DNA of 64,000 nt. It comes from Obrimoposthia wandeli. Its lineage: Eukaryota. The notes under the pieces are model-generated. The model was given only the letters and a program-made list of their open reading frames with translations, did not search any database and had not been told where the DNA came from. The DNA lies in NCBI GenBank assembly GCA_977020255.1, contig CDROCS010000774.1:372001-436000 (forward strand), read 5' to 3'. This document shows positions 17,241-29,499 of the stretch, piece by piece. Both the position numbers and the translations under genes were made by a program. Within the stretch, counting starts at the first letter, position 1. Every line of letters begins with the position of its first letter.

Positions 17241-20200
17241 TTTGGTTGATATTGAAAATCTAAATTATCGATTAAGTTGGCTGCATTCACCAATCTCTAC
17301 TTACCAATTCTCCGATTCCTGGGATATTGTGCTGTTCTGTTTAGTTTCTCCGTTTTCTTTGTAGGAGATATCAGTGACTTATATAGTTGCCTATTTGCTG
17401 TCAATCAGCACTCTTGACTTCTCTTCTCGGTCCGGGCTTGGCGGCAGCTGAAACTGCTAATGCTAGAAATCCACGTGAGTCCGGGCAGCTGCTAAATTGA
17501 ATTAATTAAATTGCACGTAAATGTGCTTACTTTTGACGTTTGTAGATTTCCTTTCTGCTGACGTTAGCAGATTATTTTTCCCTTTTTTGCTTTTTGCACT
17601 TTTGGGTTAATTAATTTAACTTTTATACATTTCACATTATACACGACCTTCGTGGTCCTCCTAATTTTTACCCTAAATTCCACTAATTTCAATTCTAAAA
17701 CTAAAATTAATATTTTAATTTAATTTTCAACCTTGCTTTCAAGGATTTTTATTTTAGTATTTAATCGACTAAAATATTTAAATTTCTTAATTCTCAAACC
17801 TAACACTAACAACAGTCATATCAAAAAGATTTATCTAAAAATAATTTGCCTTACTACTGAAATAACTACAATGCTAACGCATGTTATTAAAACTTGATTT
17901 AAAAAATTATTTTATATTTAATATTTTAGCTTAAAAAATTTAAACAAAGCAGACAAAATTATATTCAAAATATTTAATGAAGCTACATTGGCTACTTATG
18001 ATCAAAATATTCTCTCACAAAAACCAAGATATTTATATGATATTCTGGAGCCTGGTGATGTGACGATATATATGCATCTTAGGAACAACGTTGACGACTG
18101 TAGTTAAGGAATATTTGAAATTTATCTTCTTAATCTTTTTAAAAATCAACCGATGAATGTAAAAAACTGTTACAATGTTGATAAATTCAAGAAGCAATTA
18201 TTTAGAAAATATTACGAAGTATAATGTAAAACTAGAAGCACTTTTAAGTATTAATTCATAGATTTATTACATATTAGTGCTATATTAAATATATTATTGT
18301 TAATATACCGTTACTATGTACATAAATCTAATTATTCAAATCTATTAAAAACCATTTCTAAACGTTTTGAAAAGGAATGCAGTTTCTGATACGAAATGAT
18401 AACTGATTATATAATCAACCGATACACATTTTAGCATACGAATCTGAATTTATTTGGCTTTTACTTAAAGTAAACTACGTCTTTCATTCCTAAGAATACT
18501 TCTTCAAGTACTTACTCGTGATAAATGAAATATGATCCTGTTCTAAATACTCGTATCAAGTACTGTTTTCAAACTGTTTTTCGATTAATAGATTATAGCT
18601 CAAAATTTAGCCACTAATAATTAAACAATAAATTAATTCCGATGTAGACAGTACAAGTAAATCATTGAAATATTTAATGGTATAACCTTTATAACTATCA
18701 ATTAATTATTTTCGAGTAGGCCATAATATCCTACTAAATATTACAACATATATTCTTTCTATCATGTTCATTTTTGTGATGCAATTAAGCTAAAATTTGC
18801 AGCAATCTTATTTTGAAGATAATATGGGTGTGCAATTATGAAGGCAGAAGTTGTGTCAGGAAATAAAAGAATAACTTAATTGATTACATCATTGATAAAT
18901 ATCAATTTGCGAAGGTGTAAGTAATATCAAATTGTATTAATCGAATTAATATTGTCCAAATTGTTCTAGATAATTTGAAAAATTATAATTTGATAATTCT
19001 AACAGATCGCTAGATAATTTGAAAGCTTATTTTTTTAAATTGGCCTAAATAAGCTGTGGTCAATATAAAAATTTGCGTAAATAGTTCCAGGTAAAAAGTC
19101 ACAAAATTCGATTTCTGACGAGTAAATCTTGAGTAAAGTTTTGGTCCCACTAATTGACTTAACATACCCCTGCGTCATGAACTTTGGTTCAAACCTTTAC
19201 AGCAAGGGTTAAAGTGCAAGATACTTGACCTTTGACCCTTGCTGATAAGGGTTTGACTCTCAACTCATAGCTCATGACTTATGGGGTCCCGTTGAGCTAT
19301 TGAGCGAGAACAGACACTTTACACTACTTCCGACCATTACTGAATTCGATCATTTTTAATTGATATGATGTATGTTTGCTCAAATTTATTCAAATGAAGT
19401 TGTCATCAAACATATTCTCGTGTTTGAGGGTTCAAAATGTTGTAGTTGTCTAAGAAATTTACTTTCTTCCACTATGCATCAAAAAAATTACAAATATTAA
19501 AAGAAGTAAAAGTTATGTGTATTAGTTTCGTCTAAACATAACCGTAAAAATATTTTTTGCAACGGTTCTGCTCTATTATTTCACCAAGCAACTAACTACA
19601 AAATATCATTATTTTCAAATTCATACACTACATTTTAATTCACACCAACTGAAATCACAAAATTACAATCAAAACCATTTTCACAATAAGCATTACACAC
19701 GCGTGGAAATTAACAAAGCACTTAAAAGTGCTCAAATTTGCCTTATCAGAAATTAATTATGAACATAATGCTATCAGCAAAACAAATATTTGTCATGTAA
19801 ATAAATACACAGAATAACTAAACACAGAGCAACACCATACTTCAGTATTTCTTGATAGTTTTTAAACTATCATTATGTAACAACGTTTTGTAAGCTTGCT
19901 GATAAAAAATAAAACGTCGAATTAAAATTTTATGGCAAAGAAATGACAAACGTTAAATAGTCAAAAGTTTCAAATAACTTAAAAATCAAATACGTTATTG
20001 TCTACAAAATAAAGAGAATTGAAATTCGAAGTAAAAGTAGAATTCTCAAATTCCCATTAAACAAGCTAGTGATAATTCTGATAAATTTCATTCTGATAAA
20101 TATTTTAATATTTTAGTTCGTCATTTTATTATTCTGATTGCTTACTTCTGTTCGAGTTTTTGATTTATTGTTGTAGCTGTTTTGATAGAGAAGAGAAAAT

Positions 20201-21540
20201 TTCTCTGGAAGCCATAATGAACGTAATTTTCTATGATTATTTATGATTTGGCTTTGACGTTTGGTTTGAAATTGCTTCCATTCAAACATATATTAGATAG
20301 ATAACATAGATAATTGTACAGTACTGAAACAATCTATAAATTTTCTAGATTAATTATCTGAAACATTAAGAGCATTTTAATTTGCATTCATAGTAGTTTG
20401 AAAATTTATATTTTATAAATTTTAAAATATTTCATAGGTTTATCATTAAACATATTAAAATGAAAATTTAATGAGAAAATTGTTATGTTATATTTATTAA
20501 AATTAAGTATAAATAAATTATTCCAATAATTTTAATTCTCAGCAAAACAATGAATATTTTCAGTAATTGTAATTATCAATAATAAGAACTACTTTGTTTA
20601 TGAAAATCGCTTAGCATTAGTCAAATCTTTAAAGAGAGTACATGAAACGCTCATTCGTGTAGGACATGTTATTGTTTGATGAATTGATATTTTCTCTATG
20701 ATTATTTATATAATAATTCTTATTAGCATATAAATTACTACCAGAATATATTACTAGTACTAGCTCTATTCTGATTATTTTGATTATTATTCATTTCCAA
20801 TAAAGTAATTTTTAATAATTGTTTATATTAGTTTCTTCAAGCAAAGATATAACATGATCACGCTTGCAAGTAAGTTGCATATAATAGGTTTTAGTATGTG
20901 GTCATTATGGTAGTTTGCATGCTGTTTGTATTTTTATTGCATTTTTATCTCTTTCAATGGGTGTCACTGCTGCTTCCAATTTTGTTAAAGTTAAACGTAT
21001 TATTTCTGCTCCTAGTTAAGTTATTTTTAATCAAATACTTATTTTTAATCATTATCGTGAAGATATGTATTTTTATTACTTATGAGTCAATGTCTTTGTT
21101 TATATCTTTATTAGTCAGTGTCTTTGTTAGTTAGTATCTTTATGACTCACTTTCATTTTGTTAATAAAAAATCCAATCAGATTTTAATTTTTTATAGTAT
21201 ATAAACTTTTTATTCCTACTTCATTATTATGTCTACTCCCAATTATTTCAAACAATATGTTGCCAAATCTGTGGATACCTTCATCTCGAAAAATCTTCTA
21301 GAATAAGATATTCTGAGACAACGGATCTACCCTGGAGAAACATGTAAGAAGAGTTATGCACAACAAGGCTGTCGAACGATTCATCCTGGGTTACAATCAA
21401 AGGAAACAAGAGCGCGTGGAGCAGAAGAAGAAGAGCTTTTTATGGGAGAAGAGATTTTTATTGTTTATTAGTAGATGTATTGTAATAAAATATTTTAAGT
21501 AACTGTTTTTCTGTCTTAACAACATTCTAATATTTATAAT

Positions 21541-22060
21541 ATGGACTTAAAAAATAATTCAGTTTTTCAAAATGTAGACCCTAGTGGAAGTGTAAAAACT
21601 AATTTTATCTGTAAGTTACCGCAAAATAATAAATACTTTAGATGAAAGTTTAATAAGATATATTGCATCAGGGAAGAGATTGAGAAGCAGGTTTAACCAG
21701 TAAAGAGTTTAAGAAAATCAAAAATATTTTAAAACTAATGGATTTTATGATAATTGGTCTGACCAATTACAACGTCATGATGTTATTGTTATTTACTAAA
21801 ATAGCAAGACATCGTGAAGCTACTATTATTTTCATCACTCAAAATCTATTTCACCGGGGTGGGAACCATATAACTCGTACATTACTATGTTCTCTTCAAG
21901 AATCCACATGATCAGACTGTAGTTGGCTTTGTTTCAAGGCAAGCTTACCTGAATGATAGAAATTACCTAATTGATTTTACCGAAGATTGCCATCATGAAT
22001 AAATAGTTAAAAGCGATATATTCAATCCATCCGGTCTATAAAAAATCGAACACACCAGTT
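21541..22060 (+). pseudogene. Polinton packaging ATPase remnant
   Basis: MDLK...DPSGSVKTNFICKL; LFTKIARHREATIIFITQNLFHRG; HYYVLFKNPHDQTVVGFVSRQAY. Interrupted by stops and frameshifts. Confidence 0.8.
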
Positions 22061-22516
22061 TCTCGAAGATGAATTTTATAAAAGAAATTATTAAACCTGA
22101 AGTTAATTGATTAAATCAGTTATAAGTGCAAAAAAATTGTTTGCTCGTAAATCAAATAAGAAATCTAGGAGTATAGCCTATTTCAATTCTCTTATGCATG
22201 CATCCGCTATTCTCCGCTTATATGATTTACTTAATATGGTGCAAAAAATAGTTATGGTAAAGTATCTGTTGAAACTAAAATAAATTGAAATAAAACATCA
22301 GAAACACGAGCTGATAAATGTAAGTTGCTGTATAAGCAAAGCGGTGGATTTCTAGGATTTTTAGTTCAATTGTTAGCTCGATAGTTAGAGCTCTTGCTAG
22401 CAGACTAATAAAATGATGATTATAAACATAAATTTTAATCAATAATAGGAATTTTATATGGGTTCACTTCCATATATTCCTAAATTAAATATAATAATCA
22501 AATCTTCTTGTTGTAA

Positions 22517-22835
22517 TGGAGAAAATATGGTTCGATCCAAGTCGTCTTGTTGGTTAAACAGGAGTTTTAAAATTGGCAAAAGATGCAAAGAAATAGGAAA
22601 AAACTCAGACTTGTTGAAAATTCAATTAGCTTAGAGCTTAAATAAACCGTTGAGACGTAGATTCCCAACGAGATCATACAAGACGAGTGAGCTGAATGAT
22701 CTATCGCAAGTAGATTTGATGCAAACGGTACCGTATGTGAGTATTAACGGCGGAAATCAACTTATTTTAACTTGTGTTGATGTCTTTGTTGGGACCAGAG
22801 TTGAAACACTTCTTAAGGAAGCATCTGGTGTGTGA
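22517..22835 (+). pseudogene. Polinton retroviral-type integrase remnant (copy 1)
   Basis: MEKIWFDPS..GVLKL then RRRFPTRSYKTSELNDLSQVDLMQ..NGGNQLILTCVDVF. Confidence 0.8.
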
Positions 22836-24199
22836 GTTCTTTAGAGTAATAGGACTTGTATGAACTTATTATTAGGACTTATCTTTCAGTTTCAAAAATT
22901 ATCTGAAGGTATGTGTCGTTTATGCCTCTATTCTAATTGCAAATATTCGTTCAATCGGTGAGTCGATGACTTCTAACGAAGGGCTATTCTCTAGATCCTA
23001 AATCGTATAAGTTTATCTTCAAAACAATCCTTAATCGAATAATATTTTATTACAATAACAAATATAAAAACGGTACTCAAATTATAATAAAATGCGATAG
23101 TACAAAATACAATTCACTACAAAAATCGTTAAACAATGTTGTTTGAAGTATGTCCAAAACAACTCCAGATATGTCTGGTGAAAAAAGTGTAATTCCGTTT
23201 CGGGCTGATTTTACTTTCGACAAAAAGGATTGAGTTTATGAAAGGATTGGGCCTGGTTCAGGTTTTTTATTATTTTACCTTGAGGTTGATGTTGACAACA
23301 ATAACTATCCGTTTACAGGATAGACTTTATTACCGAAAATATGTTTGAACAAAATGTGGATGTCATCATTTTAACAACTAATATCAAATTAAAATACTCA
23401 CCGAGTCTGATATTGCGGTCTCTTTAGTTTCTCGTTGAATTCGCTTTGTCTCTTCGTTAAATATATGTCTGGAAGGAATTTCATCACTGAAATACCTCTG
23501 TATTGTTCGTATGTCCTCTTCTTATCTCCTCGGATGGAATTAGGCCTCGTTTCAGAGGAGTATTCCTCTTTTATAGGATTCTTCTCGGCCAATGATCTGC
23601 TACTATTTGTTCGATCGCACCTATTCGTTAGTCGATTCTCCCTTTTGTTTTTTGTGTTTTGAATTTAAAGTAAAAGAAAACTTAAATGGATTCGAATATA
23701 AACAATATTAAACTTGAATTTTTTAAAACTATGAAAGTACAAAGAAACATACCCTATTTTAAAGCTTTGGTCTTCTTCTCATAAGAGAATGAATATTCTT
23801 AAACCATTTCATATTTTGTTGTAGATGATTTATTGTAAGTTTTGTAAAAGATAGTTTTGGGTTGAATAAAAATTGGAAAACGGAAAAATGTCTTGAAAAT
23901 ATATAGAAAACATTTTCTAGATATTGCTAATGTAAAAAGTAAAAAAGGGAAACGAAATATTATTCTTAAACATAATGGCGGTTTTATATAGGCTGTTATA
24001 CCAGTTGTTGCTTCAATTATTAGTAGTATTATAGCTGCAACACGTACATAAACAATTATTTCCTAAAATCACCTTAAGATATGGGTGCTCACCCTTCATT
24101 ACCTAAATTTAAATTTTCTATATATTCAAATTGTTGTAATGAAGAAGATATGGTTCAATCCAAAAGATCCACAGGAATTTCAATTTTGACAAACAGAAC

Positions 24200-24425
24200 T
24201 GAACAGAATTACAAGAAAACGAAGAAATGGCTGAGCGATCAATTAGCCTACAGTCTGAACAAGCTGATGAGAAAAAGGTTTCAAACTAGAGCATTCAAAA
24301 CCAGTGGGCATAATAATTTATGGCAAATAAATTTGATGGAGATGATTCCATATTCTTCCATTAATATGGGATACAGATATATTTTAACATGTAATAAGAA
24401 ACAAAATATTATCTCATTTAAATAA
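24200..24425 (+). pseudogene. Polinton integrase remnant (copy 2)
   Basis: KKWLSDQLAYSLNKLMRKRFQTRAFKTSGHNNLWQINLMEMIPYSSINMGYRYILTC. Confidence 0.8.
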
Positions 24426-24744
24426 GCTATAAGTGTTTCTGATAGAGTTACAAAACTGTTGTTAGCAGAAACTAGATCTAAAGATGTACTGGAACTGAAA
24501 AGGTTTTCAATAGATTATAAAATAGATAGTGAAGTGAATTTATGTAAATTTATATTGAAGGAATTCAGTGAATATTTGGATAAATGTGTAACATTAAAAA
24601 TTGGAATGTTGACATTTACAATAAAGAACAATATTAAACTCGCTAAAAACCTTGGTTTAATCAGAAATACCTTTGGAACACATACAGTAAAAACCATAAA
24701 AACTAAAAATCAAACAAAACTTTTAAATTATATTAATCAGTTAT

Positions 24745-24995
24745 ATATTATATACTTGTTTAATAGAACCAGCGCTTGTAGAAAGACTGCAAGTAGCACT
24801 TTTGAGAACAATACGGATATTTCAGAGTCAAATTAAAATTGGGGAAGTTATTGGTATCAGCTGATGTATCTTCCAGTTTCTCTTTTATCTATAAACAATA
24901 TTGAAGTAAATATTAGAGATGATTCCAGACAATTAATAGATTTGCCATGTGGAGCCTAAATTATTTTAACAATACATTTCAGAAAACGAAATGGT
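24745..24995 (+). pseudogene. Polinton minor capsid (penton) C-terminal remnant
   Basis: Frames outside the ORF track: LYTCLIEPALVERLQVALLRTI and YLPVSLLSINNIEVNIRDDSRQLIDLPCGA*IILTIHFRKR. Confidence 0.65.
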
Positions 24996-25434
24996 GAATC
25001 CGTCAATAATTGAAACTTATAGTCAAAGCCAACAAGATTGTGAATTACCATATTTTGTCGGTAAACAATATAGATTCAGCTGGCTTAAAACATTAAGTAG
25101 ATTTGTCTTTCCTCTTTTGAAGACACTCAGGCGATTTATATCAAAATTAGGAAAGGACTACCTTTCATCTAAGGATAATAAATTAATACCAACTTTAATA
25201 AGAAGCATGCACTCAATGAACTTGATAATGTTATACCAGACGTTGCTAATTTAATTAGATAAGGTAAATCAAGTAAAAGTAAGGAAAATATAGAATTTAA
25301 ATGTAAAAAGAAGCTAAATATTTCTATAAACAAACGTAAGAAAGTTGAAGGAACAATATTTGAAAAATTAGTTTCACCAAAACTGAATTGTGTATTTTTG
25401 ACAAAACTCTTACGCAAGAAGTTGTAGACATGCT

Positions 25435-26130
25435 TTGTTTGAAGAAATATATCTAGTTAAATCAGTTTCTGGAGCCACTTTAACCGATTTAGAATTTAAT
25501 ATTAATGTTTCCAATGGAAATTATTTAGATTTGGATGATACTTTGCTTTATATTCAACTAAAATTAACAAATCGCAACGGTACTAATTTAGTGGAAAATG
25601 CCGATATAATAGCTGTTAATTATCTCTATAATTCTTTATTTAGTGAAAATATTGTTACTCTCAAAAATGTTAAAAATGAAGGTGAGAATTCTTCCTATGC
25701 TCATAAAGTTTTGATTGAAAGTCTATTGAATTATAGTGCTGATACTCAAAATACTAATTTGGCAACCATTTGATTTGATAAAACGGCTTCAACTCGCAAA
25801 GAATGGATTGCAGGATCTAAAGCTTACGAAATTTGTTGGTCTTTAATATTGAACGTCTTTGAACAACCTAAATATTTAATTCCAGGTGTTAATGTGCAAC
25901 AATAGATGGAATTTTTCAGTGATAAGCACAGACGTTCTAAAACCTAGACTTGATATTTTTGATGCAAAACTGTATGTCCGAAGAGTTAAAATCGAGCAAT
26001 CTGTTTTAATGGCACATAATTTAAGAATGGGAAAAAATGCGTGTTATCTTATTGGAGAAACTAAACTTATAACATACTCTTTGGGTACGGTTATGCAAGC
26101 TTTTAAAAAGAATCAAAATTTGGTGATTTA
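25435..26130 (+). pseudogene. Polinton major capsid protein remnant
   Basis: LEFNINVSNGNYLDLDDTLLYIQLKL..G....NYLYNSLFS....YAHKVLIESLLNYSAD, then PKYLIPGV and LYVRRVKI. Confidence 0.8.
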
Positions 26131-26189
26131 AGATTCCTTTAATTCGTTTTAATTTTATTTCAAAAAAAAACCTCCACGAAGTCTCCCTC

Positions 26190-26790
26190 AGTCAACAGGC
26201 TGCCAATAATTCGAAAATCCATATATATGGTGCTTTCTTTGGTGTACTCGAAGGCCGTGACCCTTGGGGGCCACAACGTCTCATGCCGCACCATGATCTA
26301 CGTGAGCAGTCAAATGCACCGCCTGTTCCTATCATATGAATCACAGCCATCACTTGGAATCTTGCCAGAAGACTTTCCAACTATAAAAATCACAAACAAA
26401 ATTACATCTGTGCTAAAAGGTATATTGCTAACGCTGTAATCAGAGCGATGAACAACGGATGTTGCACAGGAGCTACTTGTGGCAATGACAGCGGTTGCCC
26501 TCAGCATCAGGCTCCACCAGAACACCCTTCGTTACTCCCATTTTTATGTCGGCCCGAAAATAATGAGAAGACGCGCAACTGAGACCGATACTCGTCATCC
26601 ACTTTCAACATCTGCTCACACCGGCCATTACCAACAATGGATGGCCCTCCCGTCGAAATACATTTAAATGAATATGCCACCTTTCGTATCTGTCACACTG
26701 CGGCATCGATTCCAGTGCACTGGCAAGAAAAGGTACATCAAGACTTACTCCGTGACGAAGACTTCAACCTGGTGCCATAGGATGGTAACG
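26190..26790 (+). mobile_element. Fragment of a second Gypsy family (protease to RT N-terminus), related to the 57.8-61.5 kb element
   Basis: IYGAFFGVLEG, RTMIYVSSQMHRLFLSYE, LGILPEDFPT, ASIPVHWQEKVHQDL. The GxFFGxLEG motif recurs at ~59185-59205. Confidence 0.7.
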
Positions 26791-29349
26791 CTGCATTATT
26801 CTTTATATTCTTCTCAATCTTTCTCGCCTTTCACACGGCATTGTCAAAATCATTTATATCCGATACTGTCTAACACTTTAATATCTTTATCAATCCTCCT
26901 CTGAATATATCTAACAAAACTTCTGCCATTTCGCCTTGGTTCCGATTATCTTCTTCTAATTGTACGTCATTAGCTACAGGTGCGCCTGCAGGAGTTCTAA
27001 ATATTTTCTTGGATGCGCTCGTACTGGCAAGGTTCTCAAAACATACACGTATTCATTCACGCTTTCGTCATGTTTCTGTTTTCGTTCTCTAAAAATTCGC
27101 TTATTTACTTTAGCTAAATCTCCCAATACCAAATTTCCTATAAAAGCATTTTCTAATGTTTCCCAATTTTCACGTTCTGCTTCTGTCGTGTGTTTATACC
27201 CTTCAAGTGCTAGTCCTATCAAATGCACCTGTACGCGGACACATTTCTCTCTTTTGTTCCATCCTTGAACGTCTGCGCAACTCGAATATTCCATGAGAAA
27301 GTCACAAATACTTTCCTCATCTCATTTAAACTTTGTGATCTGCAGTAAGCTTGTGAAGTTTGGTCCCAACGTCTCATTCAAAACTTGTGCCAACTGATCC
27401 GCATTCATTATTTTCTGCTGCTGCCATATTCTTAATTATTTCTTCAATATTATTCAAATTAATTTCCTCAATCTCTTCTGGATTGGCAATTTTGATATCT
27501 CCTTTATTCGCGACTTCAATAACCTCAATGTCTTCTTGGTTTACTTCACCAAACAAGTCAGTTAACTCAAAACTGCTGACCGATTAACGTCTCTCTCAAA
27601 TACTGTTTCTTCAATTCTAACTTCTTCTATTACTTCTTTAGCTGCTCGAGGAACCTGTTCAACTCGGCTCTGACTATTATTATTCATATCTTTTCGGGGA
27701 ATCTGACTTTGTCTTCTAGTATTAAACGCGGTCCTCTTTGACTATTCGACGTTTTATCAATTATGTGTTTGTTTATTTCTTACGACTTCGATTCACTTAT
27801 TACTTTTATCTCTTTTTTTATCTTATTATATCTCAACTCGATTTACAAATGTATTCAATTTATATACTTCGAGGAACTTATCAACTCGATTTCAAAACTT
27901 ATTCAATTTACTTATCTCAATTTATTTAACTATTTTTATTCTTCTTCTATAACTTATTCTCAATCCGCTGTCTTATTCTATGTGAATTTGCTGTGTCCGA
28001 CGAGCTATTCTCACTCGGGGCACCAATTTAATATGTTGGGATTTCTTATTGAAACTATTCTATTAGATCATCGTATGGAGCCCCCCAAAGTGAGTTCTGT
28101 AGCAATAGGGCTTATAGATAGATGTGGCCTACCTGTTCTTTTCTTACTAAATTCTAGTCTCGAATCTGAAGATATTTTGTGTCTTATGGTCTTGTGGTGT
28201 GTTCAAAGGGTTATGTTCACAGAATAGCTAGTAGGACCCCAAAACTAGTTTTGTGTGATGTAGTGTAGGGTTGATCGTTTATCAGCTGAGTTAGCTTTTT
28301 ACGTCGGAAGGGTCTGGCAACACCAAGACCGAATATTAATGAAACAGAGCCGGGACCAATCGACGTAGGCAATACTCCTCGCAATACTCTGAGTCAGCAC
28401 GTGGAATATTGTCTCGTGGGTTGTCTCTTGACTAACCTATATGTTAGGGGACACAAATTTCACGATTTCGCTAGAATAACTATATTTAACTTAAATCACT
28501 TAGAACTTCCTAAAATTATTACCGAAATACACAATAGGGTTGATACTTTTCTATGCATATATTTTTATACGACACCTGCTATAATCACTATTCAAAATAT
28601 TCCCCGTGCCTGAAAACCCGTCTATCTAATTCTTTACAATATCGGTTCCAATTTCAAATGATGTTTACTAAATCAATAACGCTTTTCAATTTTAACTGTG
28701 TTTATTAAATCCGTAACGCTTTTAAATTCCAATTATATCTTTTTTATATCAGTTACGTTTCCCAATTCAATTATGTTTACTCAATAAAGCTTTTTAAATT
28801 CAAATTATGTTTTAAAATCATTAATTTTTTTCAATTCAATTAAGTTTACTCAATAAAGTTTTTTAAATTCAAAGTGTAATTTTACTCACAAATTCCAGTA
28901 TCTTTATCAATGTCGTTTACTCGGCGCTTGTTCGAATTAGCTCTCTGAATTTTTTTGCTATTCTGATATTTTTCTGCAATAGCCGATAATTAATTTATCT
29001 TTATATATCAGATTTACTCACCTCTCACTTCTCACTTCTCGCAGCCTCTGAAGATGGGAGATGCTGGCTGCGCCTCGAAGTATTCCTATCTGAGTGCTTC
29101 TTCGCGAACTAATGGATTCTCGTTCTTCCTACTTAACTAGTTTTCAACTTCCTTTCCGAAATCCACTCATCCTCACCCACTAGATTTATCTTCCTCGGCC
29201 CCTTCTCGCACTGTTCTACTAATTCCACACACATTTCCTTACGACCTCTCCAAGGTCCTAATTTATTTTAATTCGATATTTTATTCTATAATCAATTTAT
29301 TTTTAATTTTATATTTAAATTCATTTTCACCTTTTATTTTAAGGTTACA
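26791..29349 (-). mobile_element. Truncated, decayed 5' part of a relative of the giant element (gag fragment, leader, PBS, LTR)
   Basis: 26791-27300 aligns to 13697-14230 (EYSSCADVQGWN.REKCVRVQ.HL.GLALE). PBS ATTCTCACTCGGGGCACCA at 28007-28025. LTR 28034 (TGTTGGG) to ~29349 (GGTTACA). Confidence 0.9.
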
Positions 29350-29499
29350 ATTTTTTAATATAAATAAATATTTTATTCATCTTATTCAATTTTCCTTGAT
29401 CTAAAATTTCAATGATTCCAATGGATGGTAAGCTTTCCATACCACGAGACGTAACAATGCCCGATCCGAGAAATTACATCAGCCGACACTAGCGGAGGC

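Larger units (their letters stand above)
1..17805 (-). mobile_element. Giant Ty3/Gypsy LTR retroelement / endogenous virus-like element (3' end lies beyond the left edge of the window)
   Basis: 5' LTR 15698-17805, tRNA PBS 15671-15689, Gag CCHC knuckle, DTG proteases, and Gypsy domain order PR-RT(YIDD)-RH-IN in a 3509-aa ORF. The coding frame continues to position 1. Confidence 0.95.
15698..17805 (-). repeat. 5' LTR (~2.1 kb) of the giant element
   Basis: Begins TGTTGGGGTTT next to the PBS. The putative other end AAACCTAACA is an imperfect inverted match. The first ~120 bp are homologous to LTRs at 28034 and 63253. The far boundary is less certain. Confidence 0.75.
21541..26130 (+). mobile_element. 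Degenerate Maverick/Polinton (adintovirus-like) relic
   Basis: Broken ATPase (DPSGSVKT Walker-A relic at 21577-21600, LFTKIARH..ITQNLFH, YYVLFKNPHD), QSGGFLG small protein, integrase fragments, penton C-terminus and major capsid N-terminus, all on the + strand. Confidence 0.85.

Noticed and set aside
17806-21150. Possible Polinton DNA polymerase B remnants
   Set aside because: No DxxSLYP, KxxxNSxYG or YxDTDS motifs were found by eye.
23095-23340. Possible Polinton cysteine protease on the minus strand
   Set aside because: Only a weak LQ....C-like trace. The catalytic His/Asp motifs are not recognisable.
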